Assembly (NCBI GenBank): GCA_016712345.1
Contig: JADJRH010000002.1
Coordinates: forward strand, 392,466 to 456,465
Direction: 5' to 3'
From: Polyangiaceae bacterium
GTDB lineage: Bacteria; Myxococcota_A; Polyangia; Polyangiales; Polyangiaceae
DNA: 64,000 bases
Part shown: piece by piece, positions 1-12,989 of the stretch
How positions within the stretch are numbered: position 1 is the stretch's first letter
Layout of the letters: each line of letters opens with the position of its first letter
Program-made: the position numbers and the translations under genes
Notes under the pieces: model-generated
What the model saw: the letters and a program-made list of their open reading frames with translations, nothing else
What the model was told of the DNA's origin: nothing
Databases searched by the model: none

Positions 1-2
1 TT

Positions 3-1979
<1,977 letters not shown>

Positions 1980-2186
1980 GGCCGATGCCCTGCTTTCTCC
2001 GTCAGGCGCCCGTTAAGCAAGCTTTCGATGGGCGCAGACGTTTCAGGATACCGGAGCTTCCGAGGGTCGAGAAGGGCCAGTTCGCACCGCGTGAGCCGGC
2101 GCCGCCGTTTTTGCGCCATTTGTGTACCCTTTTCAGGCTGTGTACACAACGCGTTTTCCGGCAGAAATCAGGCCAAAAAAGCGTGA

Positions 2187-2663
2187 TCAGTGAAATGGCC
2201 CCGGGTGCGGCGGCGGATCACCACCGCGAAAGCGGCCTTTTCTCCCAGGGCCCTCGTCGTACCTTTTTTGCTGCTCTTCATCCAAGATCGCGCGCAGCTT
2301 TGCGTCCGTCCGTTGCCGAAGCTCATCCAGCTGCGGTCCACAACTCGCCATCAACTGATCGCGCTCGGTGTCGGCCTCAGCCAACACGGCCCGCACGCGC
2401 TCCACTTGATCGTCGCGCAGTTTCAGGTGCCTTCGCATTGCTTCCAGCCGAAAGCGCGCTCGGGCCTCGGGCGGCGGCCCCTCCATCATCTTTCCCATTT
2501 CTCGCAGTGCCGTGATGCGGCCCACCGCCGCGCCCGCAACGCCGCCGAAAACGAACACCGCCGCGAGAACCGCCAACGCTTTCCAACGCGAGCCGTTGCG
2601 CTTCGTTTCAGCGCTGCCCGCTTCCACCGGTGTTTCGCCGGGTGCGTTCACTTCGCCGCTCAC
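2187..2663 (-). CDS. Periplasmic LTXXQ-motif protein (Spy/CpxP/ZraP-like) with an N-terminal transmembrane anchor.
   Basis: A hydrophobic helix is followed by repeated L(K/D)LRDDQ / LDELRQ motifs. It is the last gene of the sigma/anti-sigma operon. Confidence 0.55.
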   Translation of the reverse strand: MSGEVNAPGETPVEAGSAETKRNGSRWKALAVLAAVFVFGGVAGAAVGRITALREMGKMMEGPPPEARARFRLEAMRRHLKLRDDQVERVRAVLAEADTERDQLMASCGPQLDELRQRTDAKLRAILDEEQQKRYDEGPGRKGRFRGGDPPPHPGPFH

Positions 2664-3058
2664 TCAAACACCTCCACCGTGTCGATGGACGCTGCGAGCG
2701 ACCGATCCACATCCGTTTGGCTTGCCAAAAAAAGCGCCACACTTGCCGCAGCCGCGGCCGCAGCAAATCCAACGGCCCAAGGGCCCGAACGCACCACCGA
2801 TTCTGTCCAAGAACGTTTGCGCTGGGCCACTCTTGTTCTCGCCGCGCGCTCCATCACCGCGTCGGTAAAGCGCTCGTCCACAGCAAGAGTGTTCGTTTCA
2901 CGCCGCACCTCTTCGAGCGGATCAATGTGTACACTTTGCTCGCCGGCCCTTTTGATCAATGCTTCTGTAAACGCGTCGGCGGGCGAAAGATCGCTTGTTT
3001 TTTGAGCCAGAGCCGCGAGCCGTCGCTCAATCTCCAGGTCCAACTCGTCACTTGCCAT
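2660..3058 (-). CDS. Anti-sigma factor (membrane-spanning), partner of the upstream ECF sigma. The start is probably MASDEL at about 3058.
   Basis: It lies immediately downstream of the ECF sigma gene and overlaps it. An acidic N-terminal domain is followed by a hydrophobic segment (GPWAVGFAAAAAAASVALFLA). Confidence 0.5.
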   Translation of the reverse strand: MASDELDLEIERRLAALAQKTSDLSPADAFTEALIKRAGEQSVHIDPLEEVRRETNTLAVDERFTDAVMERAARTRVAQRKRSWTESVVRSGPWAVGFAAAAAAASVALFLASQTDVDRSLAASIDTVEVFE

Positions 3059-3614
3059 GATGTTTCGCCTCCGCGCGCGAGTGCCGCTGTCGCAGTGCCG
3101 CCCGAGCGCGCACGAGTCTCTGTTCCACAGCGCCTTCCGATGTACCCAACACTTCCGCCGCGTCTTTGGCACTCAACCCTTCCACCGAGGTGAGTACGAG
3201 CGCCGCTCGATCTTCCGGGGGCAACTCCGCCAGCATCCCATCGAGTTCTCGCAGAGCCACACGCGCTTCCGCCGCCACCAAACCATCATATTGCGGTTCG
3301 CGCTGTTCGCGTTCGTCGCGTCGCCCTTCGCGCCGTCGCCGAAGCGCATCCAATCCGGCGTTCGTCACAATGCGGTAGAGCCACGTTTCAACTTTGGCCC
3401 GACCGTCGTAACGCCCTTCGCGCATCGCGCGGTATGCATCCACATAGGCTTCTTGAAGAACGTCTTCCGCCTCGCCGAGGTCACCCGTTAAACGAGCCGA
3501 AAGCCGATAAAGGCCGGCGCGCGTGTGGTCCACGATCCCGCGAAACGCCGCAAGATCTCCCTTTTCCACGCGCGCCGCCAAAAACCGCAGGTCAATAGCA
3601 GATTCGGGCCTCAC
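3048..3614 (-). CDS. ECF-type RNA polymerase sigma-70 family factor.
   Basis: Sigma region 2 (AYVDAYRAMREGRY...WLYRIVTNAGLDALRRR) and region 4 HTH (LPPEDRAALVLTSVEGLSAKDAAEVLGTSEGAVEQRLVRAR). Confidence 0.85.
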   Translation of the reverse strand: MRPESAIDLRFLAARVEKGDLAAFRGIVDHTRAGLYRLSARLTGDLGEAEDVLQEAYVDAYRAMREGRYDGRAKVETWLYRIVTNAGLDALRRRREGRRDEREQREPQYDGLVAAEARVALRELDGMLAELPPEDRAALVLTSVEGLSAKDAAEVLGTSEGAVEQRLVRARAALRQRHSRAEAKHHGK

Positions 3615-3661
3615 GTCCTTCTTCGCTTCTTGCCTGGTGTGTACACATTCGTCCGAGCTGT

Positions 3662-4654
3662 TCAGCGGTGGCCGCGCGGCCCACCGTGGCCCTCTTCAAT
3701 GCGCTTCGCAAGTTCTGTGCGTTGCGCTTCGGTCAGAATCGGCACCACCGCGGCGAGCGATTCAACCATGTGACCGAACATTTTGTCGGGCCCGTGTTTT
3801 CCACCTTCAGGCGGCGTAACGAACGCGTTCGCATCAAACGAAGCCGTCGCAAACGTCGCGAGACGCTCTTTCATCTTCGCTTGAAACGCTTCGTGCTGCG
3901 CTTTCATCGCTTCGCGGTCCGCGTCCGTCGGCGCGAGCTTTGAGAGCGCTTCTTTCACCTTTTCACGCTGCACATCCGACAGATCCAAATCCTTCAGCAT
4001 GTGACCCATCGGACCAAACGCACCGCGACCACCTTTCTTAAACTCCTTGTGATGCGCCTTGGCTTCGCCGTCGGAACCACCTTCACGATCCCCGGGCGGG
4101 CCTTCATGATCCCCGGGCGGGCCTTTTGGACCCTTCTCCATGCGATCCGAGATCGCGGCCACCAACTGCTCGCGCTGCGCCTGTGTCAGCGTGTCATGGA
4201 GTACACCAATCGCCTTTGCCAAGCGCGATGTGTCTGGAGCTTTCGGCGCAACCTGCGCTTTCAATGCCGTCACATCCACATTGCCGCTGCGCACCGCCTC
4301 CGCGAGCGCCGTGCGGTGAGCGTCCATGTCGGGCTTGCCCGCGCCGTCACGAAGCGCATCCATTTCAGCCTGGATCGTGGTCTTTTGCGCATCCGTTAAG
4401 TCCAACTCGTGGAGCGCCGCGCCCAGCAACATTGCGGGACCGCCCGGGCGACCATGATGACCGCGCCCCGCGTGATCGCCGCGCATCCCTTTTTCACCTT
4501 GTTTTGCAGGAGCCGCGGGCTTTTCGTTCAGCTCGGACACAGCCGTTTCAGTGGCTTCATCGTCGTCCACGGCGGGCCGGTCACATCCGGCAAAACCCGC
4601 GAGCGCAACAATCGACAGAGCACCGAGAACCAAAAACGAACGAGAGCGAATCAT
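3662..4654 (-). CDS. LTXXQ-motif periplasmic lipoprotein (Spy/CpxP family).
   Basis: Signal peptide plus lipobox (LAGFAGC). Multiple LTDAQ / LSDVQ / LTEAQ motifs. His-rich C-terminus. Confidence 0.6.
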   Translation of the reverse strand: MIRSRSFLVLGALSIVALAGFAGCDRPAVDDDEATETAVSELNEKPAAPAKQGEKGMRGDHAGRGHHGRPGGPAMLLGAALHELDLTDAQKTTIQAEMDALRDGAGKPDMDAHRTALAEAVRSGNVDVTALKAQVAPKAPDTSRLAKAIGVLHDTLTQAQREQLVAAISDRMEKGPKGPPGDHEGPPGDREGGSDGEAKAHHKEFKKGGRGAFGPMGHMLKDLDLSDVQREKVKEALSKLAPTDADREAMKAQHEAFQAKMKERLATFATASFDANAFVTPPEGGKHGPDKMFGHMVESLAAVVPILTEAQRTELAKRIEEGHGGPRGHR

Positions 4655-5060
4655 GACGGGCCTCTTATTTTTGAGAACGACTTGCTTCTGTTTTTCAAGC
4701 GCGTCGTTGGTTGTTTGGTGGTGAGACGCCGCCCAACGGGGGTGCCCTACGAGATTTTTTTCGCCGGCTCTTTTTTTTCAAAAAATCCCCCGCCTGCCCG
4801 CATTCACTCGTTCTGAATGAAGCGACAGGAAACTGGCCACGCTGATGCGTGATGGCTCACGCAGCAGGTTGGTGCGGATGTCGTTTTTTGTCCCCCCGAC
4901 GCTTCGCCCAACGTGCCGGTCGTGGGTCCACAAGACGCTTTAACCAATGAATATTTCACCCTGTATCAGGCTTCAGAAAAAAGTTTTGAATGCGAGTAGT
5001 ATAGAACGCAACACAGGGTCTATTCTAACAGCAGCAATCTGACGGGTGGGTTAATATTTA

Positions 5061-5083
5061 CCGCAAAACATGGGGTTTTGCGG
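5061..5083 (+). promoter_or_regulatory. Perfect 9-bp-stem hairpin (CCGCAAAAC / GTTTTGCGG) followed by a T-rich tract, in the leader 37 bp upstream of the 5120 start. Candidate attenuator or leader structure.
   Basis: The inverted repeat is read directly from the sequence. TTGTGATACCTTTGTTTGTTTTT follows it. Confidence 0.3.
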
Positions 5084-5119
5084 TTGTGATACCTTTGTTT
5101 GTTTTTGGAGAGTTGCTTT

Positions 5120-5995
5120 ATGACAATCCGTAGAACGTCTTTCAATTCCGCGCTTGTGAGCACTTTGTGCGCATGTGCCGCATTGGCCATTCCCGGTTCT
5201 GCCCTTGCCCTCAACGAGGGTGGCCTCTTCTACGTAAATGATCACGACGGCGCGGGCGCCTGCGGCGGTGACGACGTGGCAGAGGGGTTCAATCAAACCG
5301 ATTACCTCCGCGACGCAATGGTCACTTGGGGCTGGGATCGAGCCAGTCTCTATGGCAACACCGGAGTTGATTTTCAAGACATTGCCGATGTCAATGTGGA
5401 TGCCAATGGCGACGATGCCGCAGACCCTTCGGGTATCGACTCAGCCGACGTGGGCATGATCTACACCCACGGCAACTACGACGGTTGCACTTCCGACACT
5501 TCGCGCAGCACCATTTCTATGGGCTCCAACGCGGGCGCGTGCACTGTCAGCAACGGCACAACATCAAGTTCCAATGACGTGGATTGGGGCGATACAGACC
5601 TCAATGTCATGATCATCACCACGTGCAACTCTCTTCAACTCTGCGTATTCGAAGACGGCGGCTATTTCACCAACTCCGATTCTCTTGGCATTGTCCTCGG
5701 CTTTCACGGCACCGCCTACGACAGTGGCACTCACACCAACAACTTTGAAAACTTTGTCGATTCTTCCCGCTACGACGGTGTGGGTGACAATTGGGTCGAC
5801 AAGTTGACCCGCCGTCCCATCGGCGCCGACAACGATGAATGTGGGGTTGCCGTTGTGTACGGCGCCACCACTGCCGATCGCGACAACATCTACAACAATG
5901 GTGGTCTCCAAGACTGGAAAACGGTCACCGCAACCGGCACCGCAGCCATGTACTTCATCGGCGGTTGCGACCCCGACACAGGCAACGAACTCTGA
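5120..5995 (+). CDS. Secreted hypothetical protein, Asp/Gly/Thr-rich, with a conserved Cys...His pair (possible cysteine-peptidase-like fold).
   Basis: Signal peptide (MTIRRTSFNSALVSTLCACAALAIPGSALA). The start is the internal ATG at 5120 with GGAGAG just upstream. It follows a lower-GC intergenic region. Confidence 0.55.
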   Translation: MTIRRTSFNSALVSTLCACAALAIPGSALALNEGGLFYVNDHDGAGACGGDDVAEGFNQTDYLRDAMVTWGWDRASLYGNTGVDFQDIADVNVDANGDDAADPSGIDSADVGMIYTHGNYDGCTSDTSRSTISMGSNAGACTVSNGTTSSSNDVDWGDTDLNVMIITTCNSLQLCVFEDGGYFTNSDSLGIVLGFHGTAYDSGTHTNNFENFVDSSRYDGVGDNWVDKLTRRPIGADNDECGVAVVYGATTADRDNIYNNGGLQDWKTVTATGTAAMYFIGGCDPDTGNEL

Positions 5996-6048
5996 TCGCA
6001 CCAAAACGCGAAACCTCAGAAATGTTCAAAAAATCTCGGAGAAAACAA

Positions 6049-7025
6049 TGAAAACGAACCGTCAGATCCGTCGCGTTTTGTTTGGCAGCCTCTTTCTGAG
6101 CAGCACCCTGCTTTTTGGGTGTGCAACCGGCAACACCGATGAACCGGTTGGAGCCAACGAAGAACCCGCTCAAAACCCCGCTGTTTCGCAGGAAATGGTG
6201 CGTCCGTCGGGCGCTTATCGACCTCGCCAAGTGGATGTTGACAACCCCGTCGAGACGCCGATTACAGTGAGCATTCCAAAACTCACAGCGGCCCTTGCCG
6301 AAAAACGCGTTCTTGAAACACTCAACGCTCCAAACGGCGAACAATACTCGCACCCCGGTGTGGCCGCGATGACGGTGAACACCGTTGAAAGCTTCATGGG
6401 CGAAGAAACCCGAACGCGCACCAAAGACGAAAAAGGCGTTCTCGTCGGCACCACCGACAACTATGAATATCGACTCGACAACGCCCTTCAAACGCTCGAA
6501 GTTCGCAGCCACGAGCAGCTGTTCGACTCCCACCCTGAAGACCCGAATGTCACGCTCGAAACCATTCGGTCAACTGCGCTTCGCGATCTTGAAACACTCG
6601 GTGTATCCAACACGCCGGGGCTCAATCTTCGCGTCACTCACCTGATGCGTCGCACCTACGGCGAAAACGTGAATGAAAAAGTCGCCTACAAAGTGATTGT
6701 TTCACTCAGCGTCGGCGGTATTGAGGTTGAAGGCCCGCGCGCCGTCCTGAGCTATTTTATGGATGGCAGTTTGCACAAGGCCTCTCTGCGCTGGCCCACA
6801 ATGTCCTTCTCCGGCCATGTCACTCAACTCGACTCCAACAAGGTGCTTTCACGCATTCACGATGAAATTAAAACCCACCCGCTGAGTGGCATTCAGGGCC
6901 CGCTTTCGGCGGTGCCCACCCTTGTTGTCGACAATGGCACTCTGCGCCAAGCCGTCATTGTTCGAGGCCGGTTGCACGGCGCAACCGGCGACAGCTTTAT
7001 CAGCGAACTGATTGTTGCTCTGTAA
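6049..7025 (+). CDS. Hypothetical lipoprotein.
   Basis: MKTNRQIRRVLFGSLFLSSTLLFGC lipobox signal. The reading frame begins at 6049 rather than at the 5835 start listed in the ORF track, because the listed N-terminal extension is low-complexity and lies upstream of the signal peptide. Confidence 0.55.
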
Positions 7026-7139
7026 TTGAGAGGCGCTTCAGATTTTCTGTACAGGTGAGGTTGGGCTTTGTGTATCGAAGCCCAACTCCCACCTTTGTGG
7101 CACACGCCTTCAACGTTGTCGCTCAGTCTGCTCCGGCCA

Positions 7140-9737
7140 TCAGCTCTTGATCTCCCGAAGCGTCAAGACAACCTTCCCTTCGCGGGCGCAGCGGTCCAAA
7201 TCCACGTCCGCGAGGCCTACCCAATCATTGTTGTCTTCGGGATCTGTAAAGATCTGTTGCGTTCGCCACACAGCGCCGTCGGCCGTTTTTTCAACCATTG
7301 TCTTTTTGGGGTCACGCGCTTTGGGATCGGTGCGAAGAGCCCCGTGCTCCGCCCAATAGGGTGCCATTGCCTTTTCAATTCTGTCGGCGCTCCACACATC
7401 ATTCGGGTCGCCCGAAGCAATTGTCGCGGCAACTTCGTAGTCCTTTGATGCCAGCGCCCTAAGAAGCCTGAACCACTCGTTTCGCAACAGCACCAAAAAG
7501 GACTTTTCGTCCGCCGTAATATCGTGCCTGAGAGCGCTCGGGTCGGCCTTCGCGGCTTCGGTTTTTTCCCACGTGGGGTCGCGCAACTTCTCCCACTCAT
7601 CCACAAGGCTTGAGTCAACAGCCCGGATCAAAACGCCGAAATAGGCGATCATCTCCACCGTTTCGGGCGTTTTTGCGTAGATCGGAACAGTCTGCGTGAG
7701 GGTTTTGTACACATCCGAAAGGTACCTGAGCAACAGCCCTTCACTGCGCTCAATACCGTAGTCGCGCACGTACTCATTAAACGACTGAAACGTCTCAAAC
7801 ATCTCGCGCGCCACCGATTTGGGCCGAATATTTTCAGCTTTCATCCAAGGGCGCGGCGCCGCAAACTGATTAAACGTGCCGTAGATAAACTCTCGATGCG
7901 GCTTGGGGTAGTCAAGCTTTTCAAGCTCGTTCATCCGCTCTTCGTATTCAACCCCCTGCGCTTTCATTTCTGCCAGCTTTTCGCGCTTGATCTTGTCGAG
8001 TTGCTTTTGAAGGATGATCTCGGGATCTTCGAGAATGGACTCCACAAGCGACAAGAGCTGAAGGGCGTATTCAGGATCTTCCCGGTCGAGTTGACCAATA
8101 ACGTCCAACAGGTAAAGAGCCAACGTGTGATGGATTGAAAAGTTCTCTTGAAGGTCGGTGTGTACACGAACTCCCGACCCTTTGGCCCGTCCTGTTTCCC
8201 AATCCAACTCCCGCTCTCGAAACGGCACAAACTCGATGATTTTGGCTTCGTAGAGTGACCTGAAAAGGCTCAATGCGTGTTTTTGCTGAATGCGCCTCTC
8301 CGCCGGGCGCAAATGGCACTCTCGCAGCAGCTTTTTCATGGCGGGACAGCCATCTTGAGGGCGCGACAGTACGTTTAACAGCATTCCATGAGTGACAGAA
8401 AACCTTGAAATCAGCGGCTCCGGCAGAGCTGTTTGCAATTTGTCAAACGTGGCCTGATCCCAATGCACATACCCTTTTTCGGGCGCTTTTTTGCGCACAA
8501 TGCGCTTGAGTTTTACCGGATCTCCGCCCGCTTTCGCTTCCAAACGCCTGTTTTCGATCACGTGTTCAGGGGCCAACGCCACGACGGTACCGCGGTCGTC
8601 AAACCCTTTGCGGCCCGCTCGTCCGCTGATTTGATGAAAGTCGCGCGCACTCAGAATGGCTGTTTTTTCGCCGTCAAACTTGCACAGCTTGGTAAAAAGC
8701 ACCGTTCGAATGGGGATATTCACGCCCACACCCAACGTGTCTGTTCCACTCACCACCTTGAGCAGGCCTTTTTGGGCCAGCTTTTCTACCATCAATCGGT
8801 ATTTGGGCAATAGACCCGCGTGGTGCAGGCCAATTCCATGCCTCAAAAACCGCGACATCTCTTTGCCATAGGTGGAGTCAAACTTGGAGCCATACAAAGA
8901 CTCCGCGATCTGCCGCTTTTCGTCTTTGGTACAATAGTCTTGGCTCATCAGGTTTTGAGCCTCTTCCGCCGCGCCCCGCTGCGTAAAGTTCACCACATAA
9001 ATCGGCGCCCGGTCTTTTTTCACAAGGTCTGCCACCGCTTCAAATAGCGGCACTTCGCGGTATTCAAAGTCGAGAGGAACAGGCCTGTGTGTACTCTTTA
9101 CAACCGCAGTTTCTTTGCCCGTTCGCTGTGTCAGATATTTTTCAAACTGCTCGGTTGGGCCAAAAGTGGCACTCATCAACAGAAACGTGGCTTTTGAAAG
9201 GGTCAGGAGCGGAATTTGCCATGCCGCACCTCGTTCTCGATCGGAGTAGTAATGAAATTCATCCATCACCACGTAGTCAAAAGGAGTGTTTTCACCTTCT
9301 CGAAGCGCCCAGTTTGAAAGGATTTCAGCTGTACAACACATGATCGGAGCATCGCGATTCACCGCGGCGTCACCCGTCATGAGTCCCACCCACTCGGCAC
9401 CAAACTTGTTGCACAGGTCAAAGAACTTTTCGTTCACGAGCGCTTTAATGGGGCTCGTGTATACAGCTCTCTTGTCCTCCGCCATGGCAAAGAAGTGAAC
9501 GCCCTCGGCCACAAGCGATTTCCCGGAACCAGTGGGCGTATTCAGGATAACGTTTTTGCCCGCCGCAATCTCCAACAGCGCTTCTTCCTGAGCTGGATAA
9601 AGCTGGAGATTTCGAGCGGTCACCCCGTCGAGAAACGCCATCAGAATCTCGTCGGGTGAAGCTCCCCGCGGTGGCAGGCAATTGGCCCATGTGGTTTGCG
9701 TTTTGGGCGCTTGTTGTTCGACGCTGATTTCAGTCAT
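7140..9737 (-). CDS. Ski2/HelY-like DEAD/DEAH-box superfamily-2 helicase with a C-terminal extension (DUF3516-like).
   Basis: Walker [14 protein letters not shown] box (VVMDEFHY), SAT, and a helicase C domain (HAGLLP...[10 protein letters not shown]). Confidence 0.8.
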   Translation of the reverse strand: MTEISVEQQAPKTQTTWANCLPPRGASPDEILMAFLDGVTARNLQLYPAQEEALLEIAAGKNVILNTPTGSGKSLVAEGVHFFAMAEDKRAVYTSPIKALVNEKFFDLCNKFGAEWVGLMTGDAAVNRDAPIMCCTAEILSNWALREGENTPFDYVVMDEFHYYSDRERGAAWQIPLLTLSKATFLLMSATFGPTEQFEKYLTQRTGKETAVVKSTHRPVPLDFEYREVPLFEAVADLVKKDRAPIYVVNFTQRGAAEEAQNLMSQDYCTKDEKRQIAESLYGSKFDSTYGKEMSRFLRHGIGLHHAGLLPKYRLMVEKLAQKGLLKVVSGTDTLGVGVNIPIRTVLFTKLCKFDGEKTAILSARDFHQISGRAGRKGFDDRGTVVALAPEHVIENRRLEAKAGGDPVKLKRIVRKKAPEKGYVHWDQATFDKLQTALPEPLISRFSVTHGMLLNVLSRPQDGCPAMKKLLRECHLRPAERRIQQKHALSLFRSLYEAKIIEFVPFRERELDWETGRAKGSGVRVHTDLQENFSIHHTLALYLLDVIGQLDREDPEYALQLLSLVESILEDPEIILQKQLDKIKREKLAEMKAQGVEYEERMNELEKLDYPKPHREFIYGTFNQFAAPRPWMKAENIRPKSVAREMFETFQSFNEYVRDYGIERSEGLLLRYLSDVYKTLTQTVPIYAKTPETVEMIAYFGVLIRAVDSSLVDEWEKLRDPTWEKTEAAKADPSALRHDITADEKSFLVLLRNEWFRLLRALASKDYEVAATIASGDPNDVWSADRIEKAMAPYWAEHGALRTDPKARDPKKTMVEKTADGAVWRTQQIFTDPEDNNDWVGLADVDLDRCAREGKVVLTLREIKS

Positions 9738-9881
9738 GGGGAGTGGGCGAGCAAAGTGGGAGTTTACGATTGTGCCGGAGCATCCGCCAATGACTGCCCC
9801 GAAGCTCGGTGTCGTCCGGTCATTTTCTATCGGTATGAATCGGCGATTTGTGTTGCCGCTGCCCTTCGGGCCGGTTCTTGA

Positions 9882-10220
9882 TCAACCGGGTGGCCAAGCC
9901 ATGGGCCTGCCGCCGAGAACATGCACGTGGATATGGAATACGCTCTGTCCCGCGTTAGGGCCGGTGTTGATGACCGTTCGAAATCCTTCGAGCGCACGCC
10001 CTTCTTGAGCGGCAACTCGCTGGGCAACAGCAATGAGTTTGCCAAGCAGTGCCTGATCGGCCTCCGTAGCGTCATTGAGTGACGTGATGTGTTTTTTCGG
10101 AATCACGAGCACGTGAGTTGGTGCCACCGGATTGATGTCATGAAACGCGATCGTGTCGTCGTCTTCGGCGGCAATCTTGGCCGGAATCTCTTTGTTTGCG
10201 ATCTTGCAAAAGAGGCACAT
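9882..10220 (-). CDS. HIT-family (histidine triad) nucleotide hydrolase.
   Basis: MCLFCKI N-terminus and the HIHVHVLGG histidine-triad motif. Confidence 0.85.
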   Translation of the reverse strand: MCLFCKIANKEIPAKIAAEDDDTIAFHDINPVAPTHVLVIPKKHITSLNDATEADQALLGKLIAVAQRVAAQEGRALEGFRTVINTGPNAGQSVFHIHVHVLGGRPMAWPPG

Positions 10221-10251
10221 ACGTTCGTTCGTAAACGAACCGTCGCCGAAA

Positions 10252-10758
10252 CTAAACAGTTTCGTTGGAGGGGGCGACCGACGGCACCGGCGACAAGCGG
10301 TGAAGAGCCCGCGTGATCACATCGATGTCGTGTGGCAAGGGCGCAAACTCCGTCGGCACCTTTTCGCCCAATGCCTTGCCAACGCAATAGCGCACAAGCG
10401 CCGTTTCAATGCGGGTGAGCACAACCGATCGGCGCAACCCCAACCGCGGCACGCAGTAAACCAATTGTGAGCCGCCGTCGGTGGAGGCAACCACCGATTC
10501 AAGCGTCCCGCGTGAAGGCGCCCCAACTTCAGATACGAAGGCCGTAACAATGCTTCGAAGGTGTCCCGCTCGGCGCCGCACGTGTTGAACGTTGGGCGAA
10601 CGGTACATTTCAAAAAATCGATTTCGCGAATAGGTGGCGGGCGAAAGCGTCAGCGCAACGAGCAACGCTTCTGCATCCACTTCCAGGCCGGTGTGCGCGC
10701 TGAGAGGCTTTCCCGGCGCCTCCTCAGCCGCCTCAACGTGGGCGGTGTTTTGCTTCAT
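10252..10758 (-). CDS. Hypothetical protein. Its start overlaps the prfA stop by 4 bp (ATGA), so it is probably co-transcribed with prfA.
   Basis: A 168-aa ORF with no recognised motifs. Confidence 0.4.
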   Translation of the reverse strand: MKQNTAHVEAAEEAPGKPLSAHTGLEVDAEALLVALTLSPATYSRNRFFEMYRSPNVQHVRRRAGHLRSIVTAFVSEVGAPSRGTLESVVASTDGGSQLVYCVPRLGLRRSVVLTRIETALVRYCVGKALGEKVPTEFAPLPHDIDVITRALHRLSPVPSVAPSNETV

Positions 10759-11837
10759 GACCGCGCCTCGGCCATGCCTCCCTGCTTGAGCAGTTCGGCC
10801 TGGCGATGCGTACGAAGCGCCGACACGAGTTCGTTGAGATCTCCCTCAATGATCTTGTCGAGCTTGTGAAGCGTGAGCCCGATCCGATGGTCGGTGACGC
10901 GATTTTGCGGGTAGTTGTACGTTCGAATTTTGGCGGAACGTTCGGCCGAGCCGGCCATCATAAAACGCTCTTCGCGGCGGGCTGCGTCGGCCTTTTGTTG
11001 CTCGATTTCGAGCAAGCGGCTGCGAAGCACTTTCATCGCTTTCGCCTTGTTTTTCAGCTGCGATCGCTCGTCTTGGCACTTGACGATGAGGCCCGTTGGA
11101 ATGTGGCGAATTTGCACAGCGCTGTTGGTGGTGTTCACGCCCTGACCGCCGGGGCCGCCGCTCGCCGCAATTGAGATCTCAAGGTCTTTCTCGTCAACGT
11201 GAATGTCCACATCGTCGGCCTCGGGCAGCACAGCCACCGTTGCCGTGGAGGTATGGATGCGCCCCTGAGCTTCTGTTGCCGGCACGCGTTGAACGCGGTG
11301 TACACCTCCCTCATACCGAAGGTGTGAGTACACACTCTTGCCGGTGATGAGCATGATCACTTCTTTGTAGCCGCCGGCCGACGCTTCGCTCGTGCTCATG
11401 ATCTCGACTTTCCAGCCGTGAGCATCCGCGTATCGCGTTAACATTCGAAACAGATCGGCTGCAAAAAGCGCCGCTTCTTCACCGCCTTCACCGCTCCTGA
11501 TCTCAACGATTGTGTTTTTCTCGTCGTTTGGATCGCGAGGCAAAAGGAGCAATTCAAGCTCGGCGGCGAGCTTCTGCGACTCGGCCTCCAGTTCGGGCAA
11601 CTCGGCGCGCGCAAGCTCGGAGAGATCGGGATCGCTCAGCGCTTCTTTGTCTTCAGCGATTCGCTTTTCGACACCGCGCCATTTGGTAAACGAATTGACG
11701 ACCGGCTCCAGCTCGGTGCGCTCTTTGTTGAGCTTCTGAAGGCGGTCCGGCTCCCTCAGCACCTCGGGGCTGCAAAGCAGATGATCCAGCTCTTCGAAAC
11801 GTCGAGCGACGGCTTCAAGTTTTTCAATGGGCAGCAT
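10755..11837 (-). CDS. prfA: Peptide chain release factor 1.
   Basis: GGQ motif (SGGPGGQGVNTT) and the RF1-specific PAT tripeptide (RVPATEAQGRIHTS). Confidence 0.95.
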   Translation of the reverse strand: MLPIEKLEAVARRFEELDHLLCSPEVLREPDRLQKLNKERTELEPVVNSFTKWRGVEKRIAEDKEALSDPDLSELARAELPELEAESQKLAAELELLLLPRDPNDEKNTIVEIRSGEGGEEAALFAADLFRMLTRYADAHGWKVEIMSTSEASAGGYKEVIMLITGKSVYSHLRYEGGVHRVQRVPATEAQGRIHTSTATVAVLPEADDVDIHVDEKDLEISIAASGGPGGQGVNTTNSAVQIRHIPTGLIVKCQDERSQLKNKAKAMKVLRSRLLEIEQQKADAARREERFMMAGSAERSAKIRTYNYPQNRVTDHRIGLTLHKLDKIIEGDLNELVSALRTHRQAELLKQGGMAEARS

Positions 11838-11839
11838 GA

Positions 11840-12989
11840 TCAGGCGTAACCGGGGTCACTCGCGAGCGCGGGATAACTCTCAAAAATGCGATCGTCGCGC
11901 ACGGGTGCGTTTGCAGCCTGTTCGCGCCACAACGTCGCTCGGAGCGATGCGAGCGCCACTTCAAGCTGAGCGTCGTCGGGCTCGGCGGTGGTGATTTTCT
12001 GAACGAGGAAGCCGGGCCACAGGAGTACACGCAGTGGTCCGGTGGTGCAGTACTTGGCAAAAAAGCGCTGCAACTCAAACGTGATTGCGGCAACAACCGG
12101 CAAGAACGGCAGCTTGAATGCCAGGAAAATCAGATTTTCGAGATACCGATTTTCGATTTTCGGGAGCACCTGTGCGGCCTGCAAAAATGCGCCGGCCACT
12201 GTGAAAATCACCACCGAAACAAGCGCAACCATCACGAGAAAAGTGGTGCCGCAGCGCGGATGCGCCGTTGTCTTGGCGCGCGCATTGTCGACAACGAGTT
12301 CTTCGTGCGCCTCGTATGTTGAAATCGTTTTGTGTTCGGCGCCGTGATACTGAAACACGCGACGCACATCGCGAAGCTGCCGGATCGCGAGCAGATAGCT
12401 CACCACGATCAGCAATTTGGCGCCGCCGGTGATCGCCTGAAAAGCCGGCGAAGTAACCTCAAGGCCGAGCTTGAAAACGCGGTTGATTCCTTCTGCGCCG
12501 GCTTGCGGGAGCAAAACGAACAAGCCCACGGCAAAAAGGATCGGGATCAACGCGCCCAAGCCGCCGCCCTTTTTCTTCTGGAAACGAAGGCGATCCCGAG
12601 CCGTCGCTTGATGCGAGCGCCGCCATGGAGATTGAAAGCGCGGTGAGCGTGTTTGCCGCTCCGCTGCCGGCGCTTGGCTTGCCCGAGTTTTTCGCCGCCG
12701 AGGCGGCGTTGGCCTCAGCTTCTTCTTCATTGAGGCCCTGTTCGTAGATTTCCGCCGACCATTTCAGCGCGCGCGAGCCGAGCCGCAGCGATTCAACAAC
12801 CGAGGCGACGCCGCGAAGGAAGGGCCACGTTTTCCATCCCGTCACCGTGGCAGCCATAGGCTTTTCGCGGACAACGAGTTCACCGGAGCGTTTTCGACAC
12901 ACAATCGCAAATGAACCCGGCGATCGCATCATCACGCCCTCGATTACGGCCTGGCCACCGATATAAGGGCGAGCGGGACTGTCACTCAT
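11840..12989 (-). pseudogene. DUF1385 (YqhQ-like) membrane protein gene split into two overlapping frames by a 1-bp indel in an A5 homopolymer (plus-strand T-run at about 12570-12574).
   Basis: The N-terminal part (YIGGQAVIEGVMMRSPG, ORF 12459..12989) and the C-terminal part (RVFQYHGAEHKTISTYE, ORF 11840..12730) are in different frames. Removing one A restores PEEKGGGLGALIPILF, which is continuous with YqhQ-like proteins. Confidence 0.65.
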
